Source of the DNA: Octopus sinensis
Lineage: Eukaryota
Reading direction: 5' to 3'
DNA length: 35,103 bases
Assembly (NCBI RefSeq): GCF_006345805.1
Contig: NW_021828099.1
Location: forward strand, 1 to 35,103
Shown: piece by piece, positions 33,575 to 35,103 of the stretch
How positions within the stretch are numbered: the first letter of the stretch is position 1
Layout: every line of letters begins with the position of its first letter
The notes under the pieces: generated by a model
Databases searched by the model: none
What the model was told of the DNA's origin: nothing
Seen by the model: the letters and a program-made list of their open reading frames with translations, nothing else
Position numbers and translations under genes: made by a program

Positions 33575-33983
33575 CTAGCAGTATCGCCCGGCGTTGCTCG
33601 GGTTTGTAAGGGAAATAACTATATAAGCCTTTTTAGAGAGTTATAGCCAAAAAATAGCAAAAAAATGCATTAAAAATGGGAAAAAAATGATGGGAATTTT
33701 TTTTTTAATCGTTGACGCATCGTAGACATTTTTAGAGAGTTACTTCCCTTATATAATAGCGAAAAAATGCATTAAAATGGAAAAAAATGATGGTAATTTT
33801 TTTTTTTAATCGTAGACTCATCGTAGACGCGCGCTAATACCCAGAAGGGCTCGATATGAATCATGACTATAAGATATGAATCATGACTATAAGATACCCG
33901 GTTTTGGTTACACTGCACCGCAAAATGTGGGAGTAGTTAGGAATCTAAATCGTAGGAGACAGACACAACCTCTCTTTTAAAGA
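33575..33983 (-). mobile_element. Non-autonomous Helitron, copy 2
   Basis: Same hairpin and CTAG|T end as copy 1, A|TC at 33983, and a private 20-bp tandem duplication at 33853-33892. Confidence 0.85.
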
Positions 33984-34062
33984 TTAATTTTACATCCGCA
34001 ACATCCTCATCTTCTTCTACCATTTTGCTGGATGTAGAAGCTGGGAAATATCTTTTTTTTTT

Positions 34063-34188
34063 TATTCTTTTACTTGTTTCAATCATTAGACATCGGTCAT
34101 GCTTGGGCACCGCCTTGAAAAAATTTTTGTCGAAGTGCTAAATTACGGGAACGTCAACACGCCAACACCGGTTGCCAAGTGGTGGTGC

Positions 34189-34195
<7 letters not shown>
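34063..34195 (-). mobile_element. Internally deleted SINE tail (CR1-type tail family)
   Basis: TTTTACTTGTTTCAATCATT...GGTCATGCTTGGGCACCGCC...TTACGGGAACGTCAACAC...CCGGTTGCCAAG. Confidence 0.7.
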
Positions 34196-34226
<31 letters not shown>

Positions 34227-34608
34227 AACACACTCACACACAAACGCACCCTCTAACTCAAGGATTAAAATTTTGCAATTCTCCGACGCCTCTCTCCTCA
34301 AATCCGTTCCATCTTTACAGAGATGAAACGGATTTGATATGTAGACAGGCAGACAGGCAGACATAAACGAAACGGTTCATGTTCTTTCGAATATTTCATT
34401 GAACATTTTACATGGGTTTACTTCATGTTTAGGTGAATTAAGACATGTTCTGCTGCAAGGCTTTTATATTTGGGGCTGGGGTGAATGTATGTGCGCGGGA
34501 GAGGGCGAATATATATAATATTTACCACTTGTTACCTCGGGAAACATTTTGATGTTTCAATGACTTTTCGCCTCTTCAGCGGCAGGTTACCTGGACTCAG
34601 ATAGATAA

Positions 34609-34649
34609 GTTTCTTTATTAGCCACACAGGGACGAACACAGAGGGGACA

Positions 34650-34652
<3 letters not shown>
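34609..34652 (-). mobile_element. 44-bp retroelement 3' terminus embedded in (TATC)n
   Basis: TTTTGTCCCCTCTGTGTTCGTCCCTGTGTGGCTAATAAAGAAAC, homologous to 34940-34983. Confidence 0.7.
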
Positions 34653-34734
<82 letters not shown>

Positions 34735-34853
34735 CAAATAGACAGACTGACAGACTGAGAGACACATAGACAGACAGACATACAGATAGAGAGACAAATA
34801 GACAAAGAAATAAACAGATATATATATATATACATATAGATAGATAGATAGAG

Positions 34854-34938
<85 letters not shown>
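34652..34938. repeat. (GATA)n/(GACA)n microsatellite
   Basis: Two GATA runs around a GACA-type core. Confidence 0.97.
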
Positions 34939-34939
34939 C

Positions 34940-35103
34940 GTTTCTCTATTAGCCACACAAGGCCGAACACAGAAGGGACAAAATACAATGTAGAGCTTTT
35001 CTTTTCGAAAATAGAAAAATAGGAGAAAAATAAAATTCTGATCAAAAGGGATCGTGAAAAGAAAAACAAACAATCAAAGGGGATCGTGTATCACAGAAAG
35101 TAT
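34940..35103 (-). mobile_element. LINE-like 3' UTR (T-rich, AATA(A/G)A signal) running off the window and ending in (TATC)n
   Basis: Minus strand ...TTTTGTCCCTTCTGTGTTCGGCCTTGTGTGGCTAATAGAGAAAC followed directly by (TATC)n. Clade inferred only. Confidence 0.6.

Overview
A repeat-dense, AT-rich eukaryotic window with no supportable host protein-coding gene. The SINE families and microsatellite load suggest a coleoid cephalopod such as Octopus (my recognition, not a database result). Most listed ORFs are microsatellite artefacts. Real content, left to right: (1) a 444-bp spacerless palindrome with a type I hammerhead ribozyme (HHR) in each arm (37-480); (2) two copies of a non-autonomous Helitron and a defective RepHel Helitron; (3) a Tx1/L1-like ORF2 fragment and two LINE 3' ends, all abutting (TATC)n; (4) a co-oriented array of seven R4/Dong-type RLE-LINE fragments mostly separated by (AAT)n tracts (9.7-16.9 kb); (5) a (TA)n-linked Penelope-like element (PLE) cluster. 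That cluster holds a decayed Neptune-type copy, a near-intact 4.9-kb PLE with ~0.7-kb inverted arms, an insertion-in-fingers-sized RT insert and a C-terminal GIY-YIG nuclease, and a ~590-bp non-coding, HHR-bearing retrozyme-like element; (6) several tRNA-derived SINEs and the CR1-group LINE 3' end that shares their tail. The best novelty candidates are the (TA)n-targeted PLE/hammerhead system and the apparent partitioning of microsatellite targets among retroelement clades. All calls are by eye and coordinates may be off by a few bases.
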